Positions 44,721 to 55,331 are shown, counted from the first letter of the stretch. The stretch is DNA of 64,000 nt from Gemmatimonadales bacterium (GCA_036522815.1 DATDFC010000140.1:4243-68242), one strand, 5' to 3'. The notes: a model not told the origin generated them from the letters alone. Made by a program: numbers and translations.

Positions 44721-45974
44721 CTAGCGGCGGCTGGCCACCAGCGCCTGATACACCAGCGTGAGAAACTTCCCCGCGATGTCGGTCCGGTTCGGCAGCTGAT
44801 TGATCATGAAGACGATGACCAGATGCTCGGCCGGATCGACGTAGTAGGCGCTGCCGTACGCGCCGCCCCAGCTGAACGTGCCGACCGACGCCATCCCGGT
44901 CGTCCCGTAGCGCTGCGTCGTCTCAAAGCCGAACCCGAAACCGCGCGCGCCGGTCGAGTCGAACAGCGTCCCGCTCTGGTTGTGCGTCATCAGGTCCACG
45001 GTGTGTGGCGCGAGGATGCGGACGCCGCCGAGCGCGCCGCCGTTTCGCACCATCTCGAGGAAGCGAGCGTAGTCCGCCGCGGTCGAGATGAGACCCGCGC
45101 CGCCTGAGAAGCTCTTGCGCGGGCCGGCGACGTAGTCCCCTTGTCCGCGTGGGCCGTCGGGAGCGCGTTGCGCGTGATTGGTCGAGTCGCTCGCATACAC
45201 GGTCGCGAGGCGCGCGGCTTGCCCGGTGGGAACGAAGAAATACGTGTCATGCATCTGCAGGGGACCCGTGATGCGGGTCCGGATCAGCTCGTCGAGCGGC
45301 ATCCCCGAGGCCCGCTCGGCGACGCAGCCGAGGATGTCGGTGTTGTAGCCGTACACCCACTTCTCGCCGGGCTGCGCCGCGAAGGGCAGCGTCGCGAGCC
45401 GCTCCATCGTCGTACAGATCGGCTCATCCTTGTCGGCGGTATACCACCCCCACCCCGCGGCGGGCCCGAGCCCTTTGGCGGCGTAGAGCGGTGCGATGAG
45501 CCCGTCGGTGCCGTATGAGATGCCGGCCGTGTGGGTGAGCAGCTCCCTGATCGTGATGGCTCGGATCGCCGGCTTGATCAGGAGGCCCGTGTCGCTCTTG
45601 GTCGCGACGGTGGTGTGCGCGAAGGCCGGGATGAAGCGACTCACCGGGTCGCCGAGCGCGATCTTTCCCTCTTCCACGAGCGACAGGATCGCCACCGTCG
45701 TAATGGCCTTCGTCTGCGACGCGATGCGAAACAAGGCGTCGCTGCTCATGCGGCGTCCCGCCTCCTTGTCGAGCCAGCCGACGGCATGCCGGTAGACGAC
45801 TCGACCGTCCTCGAGCACGAGGCCGACGGCCCCACCGACCTGTCCCGAATCGACGTACTGCTGCATGACGCGGTCGATGCGCGCCAGGCGATCGGTCGCG
45901 AAACCCGACCGTCCGGTTTGTGCGCCCAGGACTGCGGGGGCGACGACGAGCAACACGGCAGCAAACCGTGACAT
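44721..45974 (-). CDS. Serine hydrolase, beta-lactamase (class C/PBP4*-like) family
   Basis: Signal peptide, FRIASQTKAIT (SxxK) and YGYN (YxN). Confidence 0.8.
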   Translation of the reverse strand: MSRFAAVLLVVAPAVLGAQTGRSGFATDRLARIDRVMQQYVDSGQVGGAVGLVLEDGRVVYRHAVGWLDKEAGRRMSSDALFRIASQTKAITTVAILSLVEEGKIALGDPVSRFIPAFAHTTVATKSDTGLLIKPAIRAITIRELLTHTAGISYGTDGLIAPLYAAKGLGPAAGWGWYTADKDEPICTTMERLATLPFAAQPGEKWVYGYNTDILGCVAERASGMPLDELIRTRITGPLQMHDTYFFVPTGQAARLATVYASDSTNHAQRAPDGPRGQGDYVAGPRKSFSGGAGLISTAADYARFLEMVRNGGALGGVRILAPHTVDLMTHNQSGTLFDSTGARGFGFGFETTQRYGTTGMASVGTFSWGGAYGSAYYVDPAEHLVIVFMINQLPNRTDIAGKFLTLVYQALVASRR

Positions 45975-45987
45975 GAGGCGATCCCCC

Positions 45988-46560
45988 CTACTCGATGACT
46001 CGCTCGATGCGCCGGTCCGGAACAAACCAGATCAGCGCGACGAGCACATAGATGGCGTCGGCGATCCACGGCCTGACGAATGCCGCCAGGATCGCCGCCG
46101 CATAGAGCAGCGCCGACAGTTTTCCCTTGAGGTCACGCCCCACGGCACGGGCGAGCAGCGACTCGGGCCCATTGCGCCGCAGCAACGCCGTCTGCAACAG
46201 CAGCCACGCGACACCGGCCATCAGGAACACGCCGCCGTAGATCGCGGTCGGGATGGCCGCCGCGGGACGCTCTCCCACCCAGCTGGTCGTGAACGGCACG
46301 AGCGACAGCCAGAACAATAGGTGCAGATTCGCCCACAGGACGCGGCCGTCGATGTGCTGTGCCGCGTGCAGCATGTGGTGATGGTTGTTCCAGTAGATGC
46401 CGACGTATACGAAGCTGAGGCAGTAGCTGAGGAGGGCAGGAGCCAGCGGCGCGAGCGCCGCCAGATCCTGCCCGTGTGGCGCTTTCAGCTCCAGCACCAT
46501 GATGGTGATGATGACGGCGATGACGCCGTCGCTGAACGCCTCGAGCCGGCCTTTACCCAT
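45988..46560 (-). CDS. TMEM175/DUF1211-family membrane protein (putative K+ channel)
   Basis: MGKGRLEAFSDGVIAVIITIMVLEL N-terminal signature and six hydrophobic helices. Confidence 0.75.
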   Translation of the reverse strand: MGKGRLEAFSDGVIAVIITIMVLELKAPHGQDLAALAPLAPALLSYCLSFVYVGIYWNNHHHMLHAAQHIDGRVLWANLHLLFWLSLVPFTTSWVGERPAAAIPTAIYGGVFLMAGVAWLLLQTALLRRNGPESLLARAVGRDLKGKLSALLYAAAILAAFVRPWIADAIYVLVALIWFVPDRRIERVIE

Positions 46561-46691
46561 GGAGGGAAGGAACCTAACGCCCGAAGCGTTGCGTCGCGCC
46601 GGCGATACTTCTGTGCAGTTTGTGTGACTTGACAGATGTTGCGTCGGCGCGGCACTTTTGGGGCCCAATTCCACTACCGTCCAGTCACGAC

Positions 46692-47348
46692 ATGCCCGAC
46701 GCCTCATCCAGCGCCCGACCGCTCCGCGTCGTCGTTGCGGACAGCTATCTCGTTTCCGGTCAAGCCTTGGCGGTCGCGCTCGAGGCGCGCGGACTCAGAG
46801 TCGTTGGCGTGGCCGGTAATGGCCGCCGCGCAGTCGCGCTCGCGCTCGAGGGGCAACCCGACGTCGTCGTGCTCGATGCAGGCATGCCCGTTATGAACGG
46901 CTTGGACGCGGCGCGCGAGATCCTGCGCTTTGCGCCCGCGACAGGTGTCGTGCTGCTCGCGGGGTTTGCCGAGGACTCGCTCGTCCGGGACGCGCTGCGC
47001 ATCGGCGTGCGTGGCTTCCTCGTGAAGGAGCAGGGGTTTGATGATCTGCTGCATGCCATCCGTGACGTGAGCGAGGGAGCGATCTACATCGGGCGATTCT
47101 ATTCCGCTGCCGTGCTGGAGGTCTTCCGTCGCAAGAGTGGTGAAGCGCGCGACGTCCTCACCGCGCGGGAACTCGATGTGCTCCGTCTCATCGGTGATGG
47201 GAAGAGCATGAAGCAGGCGGGTGGTGCGCTCGGCATGTCGCCACGCACGGCGGAGACCCACCGCGCCAGCATCATGGGCAAGCTCGGCATCGGCGATACC
47301 GCCGGCCTCGTTCGCTACGCGATCCGCCGAGGTCTCATCGTCGCCTAA
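46692..47348 (+). CDS. NarL/FixJ-family response regulator
   Basis: The receiver has DVVVLDAGMPVMNG (phospho-Asp context), followed by a LuxR helix-turn-helix, LTARELDVLRLIGDGKSMKQAGGALGMSPRTAETHRASIMGKL. Confidence 0.85.
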   Translation: MPDASSSARPLRVVVADSYLVSGQALAVALEARGLRVVGVAGNGRRAVALALEGQPDVVVLDAGMPVMNGLDAAREILRFAPATGVVLLAGFAEDSLVRDALRIGVRGFLVKEQGFDDLLHAIRDVSEGAIYIGRFYSAAVLEVFRRKSGEARDVLTARELDVLRLIGDGKSMKQAGGALGMSPRTAETHRASIMGKLGIGDTAGLVRYAIRRGLIVA

Positions 47349-47557
47349 TTGATATCCGGTTGACAATCCGTTGAAGCACGAGGCTCAACCTGAGCGCTCG
47401 GGTGATCCGAGCGGGCGGGAGCAAGCGCCTCCGTAACACTACGTACCAGCTCCTCCGGAGAACTACGAAGGCGGCATCTGTAGAACTCCGGATAACACGC
47501 GCTCCTCGGGCGACCCATGTTGCGGCATCACAACAGGCTCTCGCCCGGAGCGCGCTC

Positions 47558-50500
47558 ATGTCATCGCCGTCCTCACGGTTTTCTCGTCTACTCGCCGGCA
47601 TCTCTTCTCGTGGTGCCGCACGGTTCGCCACTGTCGCCACCCTCACCGCAGCTGTAGCCGGCCTCGCGTTCGGCCCGCGGCTGCTGCGGACCGCGCCACC
47701 CGACGCGGCGAACGCCGCCGCCGCGATGGATGGTGGCGATACAGTCGCCGTCTATGGCCCGCGGACGTTCGACACGCCGACCGGCAGCTCCACCAACCAC
47801 GTGGAGCGTTTTGCCCTCGCGGTGCAGCCGGGACGGCGCTACACGCTGCGTGTGGACAACGGGAACGCCGACGGATCGGGCCGCGTGAGCGGCGGCTCGG
47901 TGGTTCTGAATGGCAGCACGATCCTCTCGTCGACGGATATGAGCGGCGGCGCGCCCTCCTGGAGTCGCGTGGTGCAGGCGTTGACCGAGGACACGATCAA
48001 GGTCACGGTGCAGGGGTCCGCGGGTGCGCACGTGACGGCGACGCTCCAGTCCACATCGGACGCGAGCTTCCTGGTCTTCGGGCCTGAGCGGTTCACGCGC
48101 ACCAGCGGTACCCCTGTCACCGAAACCCGGCAGTTCTCGATCTCCTCCACGGCCGCCGCGCCGTACCGCATGTGCATCGTCAACGGCAATGCCGACGGGA
48201 CCAACCGCATCTCGAGCGCCACGATCGTCTTGAACGGCGTGACGATTCTGACGACGAGCGACCTGAATCAGCAGGTCGGCGGCCTGGTGCGAGAGGTCAC
48301 GCTCCAGTCGCAGAACACGCTGCAGGTCACGCTCGCCGCACAGCCGAATGGCTTCCTCGACCTGTGTGTCACCGCGACCGACGTTACGCCACCCACGATC
48401 ACGATCACGGCCCCGCCCCCCAATTTTATCACGCGCGATACGCTCGCGACCGTGAGTGGCAGCGTGCAGGACGAGACCGCGGTGACGGTGGCTGTGAACG
48501 GCGCGCCGGCGTCGCTCGGCGCGGGAAACAGCTTCAGCGTCCAGACGCGCCTCGCGACCGAAGGGTCTAACACGATTCACATCACGGCGACCGACGCCGC
48601 TGGCCACACTACCGATTCGACCCGGACGGTGATCCGCGATACCCAGGCTCCGGTGCTAACCCTCACGAGCCCCAGCGACAACCTCTACACCAATCAGGAC
48701 TCGGTGACGGTCTCTGGGACGGTGACCGATCAGACCACGGTCACCGTGAACGTGAACGGCGTCACGCTGCCGGTCGATCAGGCGGGGACGTTCGGCAAGC
48801 GCTTCGGTCTCGCGGCCGGCGCGAACTTCTTCACCGTCACAGCGACCGACGCGGCCGGCAACGCCACCAGCGTGGTGCGACGCGTGACCCAGGACAAGAC
48901 GCCGCCGCTGCTCGCCGTCACGGCTCCCCACGACGGTCTCATCACGCGCCAGACGCCCGTGACCGTCTCGGGGACCGTGACTGACGCGAGCCCCGTGACG
49001 GTGGATGTGAACGGGATTCCGCTGCCGGTGGATGGGGCGGGGAGCTTCACCGGAGCCGCGCCGCTCGCCGAGGGCGCGAACACGCTCACGATCACCGCGC
49101 GGGACGCGGCAGGGAATACGACCCCAGCGGTCCGGATCGTGACGCTCGACACGCACCCTCCCGTAATCGCGATCGCGCAACCGGCCGACGGCGCGACCGT
49201 CACGACGACCTCGGTCGTGACGACCGGAACGGTGACCGACGCGACCGCGACGACGCTCACGGTGAACGGCACGAGCACGACCCTTGGAGCTGACGGCTCC
49301 TTCTCGGCCAGCGTGCCGCTCACCCTCGGGCCGAACACCCTCACCTACATCGCGACCGATGCGGCCGGCAACGCCGACACGGTGACGCGCTCGGTGACCC
49401 GTGGCACTGGTCTGCCGCCCGATCCCGTGACGGTGGCGAGCGTCGTGAACCGCGCCGAGGTGACGACGATCGGTGACGCCACGGCGTTCCTCTACACTGG
49501 CGCGACGCCCATCCAAACCGGGGTCGCGGCCGGCACGATCAATCCGGTGCGTGCCGCAGTGGTCCGCGGTCGGGTGCTCGACAAGAGCTTCCACGCCCTC
49601 GGCGGGGCGAAGGTCACCGTGCTCAGCCACCCCGAGTTGGGCCAGACCTTCACGCGCGAGGACGGCGGGTACGATCTGGCGGTGAACGGTGGCGGGCAAC
49701 TGACGCTGTCCTTCGCAAAAGACGGCTACTTCCCGGCGCAGCGGGCGGCGAACGTGTCGTGGCAGGATTACACCACGCTCGACGATGTTATTCTGCTCCA
49801 GCCCGACCCGGCCGTCACCGTGGTCGATCTGACGTCTCCGACGCCGCCCGTCGCGCGGGCCAGCGTGGTGTCGGACGCCGATGGCCCGCGGCAGGCGACC
49901 CTGATTTTCAAGCCTGGCAACACGGCCACGCTCACGTTGCCGAACGGCAGCACGCAGCCGATCACATCGCTCTCGGTGCGTGCCACCGAGTACACGGTGG
50001 GCGACAGCGGGGCGCTCACGATGCCCGCGCCGCTGCCGCCTGCGAGCCAATACACCTACGCCGTGCAGCTCTCGGCAGACGAGCAGCTCGCCGCCGGTCC
50101 GGGGGCGCAGGTCACGTTCAGCCAACCCGTGCCGTTCTACGTCGAGAACTTCCTGCACGTGCCGGTGGGGACCGCGGTGCCGGTGGGCGGATACGACGCG
50201 ACGAAGGGCGCGTGGGTGCCCGAGCCGAACGGCAAGGTCATCAAGGTGCTGGGGCAGGACGCGAACGGCCGGGCGCTGGTGGACATCACCGGCGACGGCG
50301 TGGCCGATCCGCCGAGCGCGCTCGCGGCGCTCGGCATCGACGACTACGAGCTGGTACAGCTTGGCGGGCTCTATCCTGCCGGCTCGGACTTGTGGCGGGC
50401 CCTCGCACCGCGCTTCGAACCCGAGGACCTGAACTTCCCCTTCGTCTTCGTCGGCACGCCGCCCACCGACGGGAAGGTGAAGGCGGGGTGCAGCTCACGT

Positions 50501-53500
50501 GAAGGCGACCCCTTGCGCTGCCAGTTACAGGCCCAAACCGCCTTCCAGAGCGTGGGGATCGTCGGCTCGCCGTTCACGTTGAACTACGCGAGCGACCGCA
50601 CGCAAGGGAACGCCGCGGATCGCAAGCTGGACATCACGTTGACCGGGGCGACGCTGCCGGCGCAGCTGCTGCGGGTGGACCTGGAAGTGGACGTGGCCGG
50701 CAAGCGATTCACGGGCAGCTTCACGCCGCAGGCCAACCTCACCTACACGTTCAATTGGGACGGCAAGGACATCTACGGCCGGCAGGTGCAGGGAACCCAG
50801 CCGGCGACGGTCCTCATCGGGTATGCGTTCCCGGTGCAGTATGCTGCGCCGGCCAATGCGACCGATGCCTTCGGCCAACCGTGCGCGCCGACGGGGACGG
50901 GGTCGGTGTGCGCGATCATCGCCAACGCGCAGACTGGAGCGCGCGCCGAGCGGACGCTGGTCCAAACGTTCGAGACGTCGATCGGGACGCTCGACGCGAC
51001 GGCGCTCGGGCTCGGCGGGTTCACGCTCGATGTGCAGAACGTGTACGACCCGGTGGGCGAGGTGCTCTACAAGGGCGACGGCACGCGGCGCGCGACGGCG
51101 GCGCTGCCTGCTGGCATCCGGACCATCGCGGGAACGGGGGCCTTCCAGGGACCGTTCCAGCCGGCGCCGCAGAATGTGTCGGCGCTGACGCAGCAGCTCG
51201 ACCCGCGTGCGGTCGTGTTCGGCCCGGACGGCAGCGTGTACTTCAGTGATCGAGCCTTTCTCCTTCGCAAGATCACGCCGGACGGGCTGCTTCACAACAT
51301 TCTGGGGCAGCCGCAGAACTGGCCGGGGGTCGCAACCGGCGACGGGGGACCGGCGTCTGCGGCGCAGGCAGGAGCGATCTCCGCGCTCGCCCTCGGCCCG
51401 GATGGCAGTATCTACTTCTCGGACGTGCAACGCGTCCGCAAGATCGATCCCAACGGAATCGTCACCACGGTCGCGGGCACGGGGACCGCGGGCTTCAGCG
51501 GCGACGGCGGCCCGGGCACGCAGGCGCGCTTGACCACCCCGCAGGGGGTGGCGGTGGGTCCGGACGGCAGCCTCTACATCGCCGATCAATCCAACCGCCG
51601 CATTCGGCGTGTGGGTCTGGACGGGATCATCACGACGGTCGTGGGCGACGGCACGTTCTGCGGCCAGGTGGGCGGGTTCCCGACCGACTCGAGCTTCGGC
51701 GCGCTGTGTGGGAACGGCGTGCCGGCGACGCGGGCGAAACTGGCGGGTCCCATGGGGTTGGCATTCGGGCCGGACGGCTCGCTGTACTTCTCCGAGCCGT
51801 CCTTGAATCGCGTGCGCCGGGTGGGGCCGAACGGCATCATCCGCACGTTCGCGGGCTCGAGCAACGTGCAGAACATCGGTGATGGTGGGCCGGCGACGCT
51901 CGCGTCGGTGCGGGGCGCGTCGGGGCTCGCAGTCGGTCCCGACGGCAGCGTGTACATCACCGCGCTTCAGTCGGGCGCGCTCGCCGACCCGACCTTCCGC
52001 ATCCGGCGCGTCGCGCCGTCGGGGATCATCACGACCGTCGTCGGCACAGGTGCCTTCATTGGCAACAGCAACCAGCGAGGTTGGGCCGGCGATGGGGGTC
52101 CCGCCCCGGCGGCGCAGGTTGGGCAAATCTCGAGTGTGGCGGTTGGTCCAGATGGCAATTTCGCCTTCCCGGACAATGAGCGCATTCGGAAGGTGGCGGG
52201 GTTCCTGCCGGGGTTCGGGGCGGGGCAGACGGTGATCGCGAGCGAGGATGGGAAGCAGCTCTACCTGTTCAGCTCAGCGGGAAGAATGCTCCTTACGCTC
52301 GATGCCGTGAGTCATGATACGCTCCTGAGGTTCGATTATGACGGAGCCCACCAAATGGTTTCGGTCACCGACCGTGAAGGACACGTTTCACAGATTGAGC
52401 GAGACGCTAGCGGTCAGGCGATTGCTTTCGTGACTTCTGATGGCCAACGCACTGACTTGACGTTGGATGGTAACCAGCACCTTGTGGCCGTGTCTGGGCC
52501 GGGGGGGAGATCTATCACCCTCAGCTACGGGACCAATGGCCAGTTACAGTCGGTCACTGATGCGGCCGGAAACGTGGTCGCAGCAGTTGGATACGACAGC
52601 TCAGGAAAGGTCAGTCGATCGACGAATCCTTTAGGCGGCGCGGCGACCTTCACTTCATCGTCGACCCCCACCGGCTCCCAGCTTGCCATAACCACACCTT
52701 CGGGTGAGTCGATGTCCTTGCTCTACAGCCTCCTGGCGACAAATGCGCAACAGGCCACCGCGACGCTTCCCGGTGGTGCCGTCGTTCAGGCGGCCGCCTT
52801 CCCAGACGGGCACGGCACAGTGACGACTCCAGACGGCACGACTATCACGAGAACGGATTCACCAGACCCCAGGTTTGGTTTGGAGGCTCCTGTGAGTGAG
52901 ACGGTCGTCCGCCTCCCATCGGGACTTACGATGACGAAGCGCATTCGTCGCGGCGTAGTGCTGGAGAATCCAGACGACCCGTTGTCAGATGTTGTCCAGA
53001 CAGATTCCGTGAACCTAAATGGCGGAGTGAGCACGATTGCTCACGATGGGGTCGCGAATACTGTGACACGGAGGAGTCCGACAGGGCGGTCCGTAAGTGC
53101 AGAACTCGACGGCCTTGGACGGGTCGTTTCCACCACCGTCGCAGGTCGCACCCCTATCACGGCCGCGTATGACGAGATGGGACGATTATCGGCGGTCGGG
53201 ACGAGGGGCCGCTCACAGGTGTTCACCTACGATCCGTTTGGTCGGCTCGCGAGCGTGACTGACGGTTTGGGGCGGCAGGAAGGGTTTTCTTACGATGCGG
53301 CCGACCGCCTCATCAGACACACGTTACCTAACGGCACCTCGGTACAGTATGGCTATGATACCACCGGCAATCTTACTTCCATCACGCCACCTGGCCGAGC
53401 AGCGCATTTGATGTCCTACAACGCCGCTGGCCAACTTGAGTCGTACACGGCTCCGTCGACGGCAGGGAGTGCTGCAGTTCTGCGTTTTGCTCATGACAGC

Positions 53501-55297
53501 GGGGGCCGGCTGACGCACGTCACTCGGCCAGACGCTTCTACTATTTCTCTGGCGTATGGGTCAGGTCACGATGTCACGATGGTAGGAGGGACCGACACCA
53601 TCGCCTTCCGTTCGGACTCTGCGACACAGAACCTGGTAGCGGTTTCACGGAATGGTGGCGCTAACATCGCGCTCACGTACGACGGTCGGTTGACGACCGG
53701 TCTTACCTGGAGCGGCGGCGTGAGTGGGACGGTGAGCTACACGTACAATACCAATTTCCATCCGACGGCAGAGCGCGTGAATGGCGGGCAGGAAGTGCAA
53801 CTCACATACGATCCTGACGGATTCATGACGCAGGTAGGTGATCTCATTCTCACGCGGGATGCGCAGAACGGAACACTCGTCGGAACTACCCTTGGTACAA
53901 TACAGACCTCTAACTGGTTCTCCTCACGTGGTGATCTGGATTCGGTCCGAGCCGTAGGGAACGGAACCACCTTCTATTCCGCGGCGCTCACCTACGACAC
54001 GATTGGCCGGCTCGCTACAAGGGTCGAGAGTGTGTCAGGGGTGACCACATCATCCGCCTTTACGTACGACAGCGTCGGAAGGCTCATCGATGTTACGCGG
54101 GACGGTGTCACCATTGAAGCGTTCGAGTACGACCCGAACGGGAATCGTACGAGAGCAACGACTTTCTCAGGAACGGTTACCTCAGCAACCGATGCACAGG
54201 ACCGGCTGCTGACGTACGGCGACCAACGCTTCGAGTACTCTGCGAATGGAGAGTTAATCCGGCGCATCACCGCGACAGATACCACCACCTATGGATATGA
54301 CGCTTGGGGTGAACTTCGGAACGTTCGTCTCCCAGACGGTACTGCCATCGAGTATGTGCTCGATGGCGCTGGCCGGCGTGTGGGGAAGAGGGTGAACGGG
54401 ACTTTGCTCCGTGGGTGGCTCTACCGCGGTGACCTGGCCGTCGTCGCCGAAGTCGACGTACTCGGCAACCTAACGAGTCGCTTCGTATATGGCGAGCGGC
54501 CGAACGTTCCCGAATACATAACGCGAGGTAGCCAGAAGTACCGTCTGATTACAGACGAACGAGGGAGCGTGCGGCTTGTGGTGGACGCCGCGACCGGATC
54601 GGTCGTTCAGCGGCTTGATTACGACGCTTTCGGGAAGGTCACTCTCAATTCCAACCCTGGGTTCCAACCGTTTGGTTTCGCTGGCGGTCTGTACGACGAG
54701 CAGACCGGCCTCGTGCACTTTGGCGCCAGGGAGTACGACCCGACCACCGGTCGGTGGACTACCAAAGATCCGTCGTTGTTCGACGGTGGCGACGTTAACC
54801 TCTACCGTTACGCGGGCGACGATCCGGTCAACTTTGTCGACCTGGCTGGACGGGAGACTCTCGCGAATCAAGAGCTTGCTCAGGAGCTTAACGAGGAGCT
54901 GGAGAAGACCGAGGACGCTAGGGACTTCGACAAGATCCGGAAAATCACCAAACAACTATGTCATCGAGCTGCGCAGGTGGTGAAGGCATTCAACAAGCTT
55001 GAGAGTTGGGGGTTCCCGTTTCAAAGACATCACATCTTGCAGAACGCTGCGATGGAGGATCTTGCCCTGCCAGGGTACTCTAGAGGGATTGCTCTGGCAA
55101 TTCCCTTGATGGGCGGGTCTGGCATCCCTGGTTCCCCGCATGACTTGATCAATCAGCTGCAACGTAAAGGTGAGCTGGGCATTCTGGAGACGGCGAGGAG
55201 AGGCCTTGAACTGGCGGGCTGCGCACCGGAAGACGTTGATGCCATTATGGATGAGGTGCAGGCGCAAATCGACGCAAACGGCTGGACCATTCCATGA
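47558..55297 (+). CDS. Giant secreted teneurin-like RHS/YD-repeat polymorphic toxin (2579 aa)
   Basis: Read in order:
- GGAG, then the ATG at 47558, and an N-terminal hydrophobic signal/anchor.
- Two ~105-aa beta-sandwich repeats.
- Four ~88-aa Ig-like repeats (..TATDAAGN..), about 48395-49400.
- A carboxypeptidase-regulatory-like domain (VRGRVLD...GGYDL).
- NHL-type propeller repeats (GDGGPA...GPDGSLYFSD...RIRKV), about 51100-52200.
- YD repeats, about 52260-54700.
- RHS core end YDPTTGRWTTKDP...YRYAGDDPVNFVDLAGR.
- A 147-aa variable C-terminal domain. Confidence 0.9.
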   Translation: MSSPSSRFSRLLAGISSRGAARFATVATLTAAVAGLAFGPRLLRTAPPDAANAAAAMDGGDTVAVYGPRTFDTPTGSSTNHVERFALAVQPGRRYTLRVDNGNADGSGRVSGGSVVLNGSTILSSTDMSGGAPSWSRVVQALTEDTIKVTVQGSAGAHVTATLQSTSDASFLVFGPERFTRTSGTPVTETRQFSISSTAAAPYRMCIVNGNADGTNRISSATIVLNGVTILTTSDLNQQVGGLVREVTLQSQNTLQVTLAAQPNGFLDLCVTATDVTPPTITITAPPPNFITRDTLATVSGSVQDETAVTVAVNGAPASLGAGNSFSVQTRLATEGSNTIHITATDAAGHTTDSTRTVIRDTQAPVLTLTSPSDNLYTNQDSVTVSGTVTDQTTVTVNVNGVTLPVDQAGTFGKRFGLAAGANFFTVTATDAAGNATSVVRRVTQDKTPPLLAVTAPHDGLITRQTPVTVSGTVTDASPVTVDVNGIPLPVDGAGSFTGAAPLAEGANTLTITARDAAGNTTPAVRIVTLDTHPPVIAIAQPADGATVTTTSVVTTGTVTDATATTLTVNGTSTTLGADGSFSASVPLTLGPNTLTYIATDAAGNADTVTRSVTRGTGLPPDPVTVASVVNRAEVTTIGDATAFLYTGATPIQTGVAAGTINPVRAAVVRGRVLDKSFHALGGAKVTVLSHPELGQTFTREDGGYDLAVNGGGQLTLSFAKDGYFPAQRAANVSWQDYTTLDDVILLQPDPAVTVVDLTSPTPPVARASVVSDADGPRQATLIFKPGNTATLTLPNGSTQPITSLSVRATEYTVGDSGALTMPAPLPPASQYTYAVQLSADEQLAAGPGAQVTFSQPVPFYVENFLHVPVGTAVPVGGYDATKGAWVPEPNGKVIKVLGQDANGRALVDITGDGVADPPSALAALGIDDYELVQLGGLYPAGSDLWRALAPRFEPEDLNFPFVFVGTPPTDGKVKAGCSSREGDPLRCQLQAQTAFQSVGIVGSPFTLNYASDRTQGNAADRKLDITLTGATLPAQLLRVDLEVDVAGKRFTGSFTPQANLTYTFNWDGKDIYGRQVQGTQPATVLIGYAFPVQYAAPANATDAFGQPCAPTGTGSVCAIIANAQTGARAERTLVQTFETSIGTLDATALGLGGFTLDVQNVYDPVGEVLYKGDGTRRATAALPAGIRTIAGTGAFQGPFQPAPQNVSALTQQLDPRAVVFGPDGSVYFSDRAFLLRKITPDGLLHNILGQPQNWPGVATGDGGPASAAQAGAISALALGPDGSIYFSDVQRVRKIDPNGIVTTVAGTGTAGFSGDGGPGTQARLTTPQGVAVGPDGSLYIADQSNRRIRRVGLDGIITTVVGDGTFCGQVGGFPTDSSFGALCGNGVPATRAKLAGPMGLAFGPDGSLYFSEPSLNRVRRVGPNGIIRTFAGSSNVQNIGDGGPATLASVRGASGLAVGPDGSVYITALQSGALADPTFRIRRVAPSGIITTVVGTGAFIGNSNQRGWAGDGGPAPAAQVGQISSVAVGPDGNFAFPDNERIRKVAGFLPGFGAGQTVIASEDGKQLYLFSSAGRMLLTLDAVSHDTLLRFDYDGAHQMVSVTDREGHVSQIERDASGQAIAFVTSDGQRTDLTLDGNQHLVAVSGPGGRSITLSYGTNGQLQSVTDAAGNVVAAVGYDSSGKVSRSTNPLGGAATFTSSSTPTGSQLAITTPSGESMSLLYSLLATNAQQATATLPGGAVVQAAAFPDGHGTVTTPDGTTITRTDSPDPRFGLEAPVSETVVRLPSGLTMTKRIRRGVVLENPDDPLSDVVQTDSVNLNGGVSTIAHDGVANTVTRRSPTGRSVSAELDGLGRVVSTTVAGRTPITAAYDEMGRLSAVGTRGRSQVFTYDPFGRLASVTDGLGRQEGFSYDAADRLIRHTLPNGTSVQYGYDTTGNLTSITPPGRAAHLMSYNAAGQLESYTAPSTAGSAAVLRFAHDSGGRLTHVTRPDASTISLAYGSGHDVTMVGGTDTIAFRSDSATQNLVAVSRNGGANIALTYDGRLTTGLTWSGGVSGTVSYTYNTNFHPTAERVNGGQEVQLTYDPDGFMTQVGDLILTRDAQNGTLVGTTLGTIQTSNWFSSRGDLDSVRAVGNGTTFYSAALTYDTIGRLATRVESVSGVTTSSAFTYDSVGRLIDVTRDGVTIEAFEYDPNGNRTRATTFSGTVTSATDAQDRLLTYGDQRFEYSANGELIRRITATDTTTYGYDAWGELRNVRLPDGTAIEYVLDGAGRRVGKRVNGTLLRGWLYRGDLAVVAEVDVLGNLTSRFVYGERPNVPEYITRGSQKYRLITDERGSVRLVVDAATGSVVQRLDYDAFGKVTLNSNPGFQPFGFAGGLYDEQTGLVHFGAREYDPTTGRWTTKDPSLFDGGDVNLYRYAGDDPVNFVDLAGRETLANQELAQELNEELEKTEDARDFDKIRKITKQLCHRAAQVVKAFNKLESWGFPFQRHHILQNAAMEDLALPGYSRGIALAIPLMGGSGIPGSPHDLINQLQRKGELGILETARRGLELAGCAPEDVDAIMDEVQAQIDANGWTIP

Positions 55298-55331
55298 ACT
55301 GCTTGTTGACAACGGGAGGGTCTGAAGGGAC

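Noticed and set aside
47402-47557. GTG at 47402 as the start of the RHS gene, and the SRFSRLL stretch as a twin-arginine signal.
   Set aside because: The first 52 codons are hydrophilic junk overlapping the leader hairpin. The ATG at 47558 has a GGAG at the proper distance and begins the hydrophobic signal. S-R-F-S-R-L does not contain a consecutive RR pair.
48395-49400. Tandem ~265-nt repeats that could be mistaken for a non-coding repeat array or CRISPR-like structure.
   Set aside because: They are in-frame Ig-like domain repeats of the RHS protein (..TATDAAGN.. every ~88 aa). They diverge at the DNA level and have no spacer/repeat regularity. No CRISPR array is present anywhere in the window.
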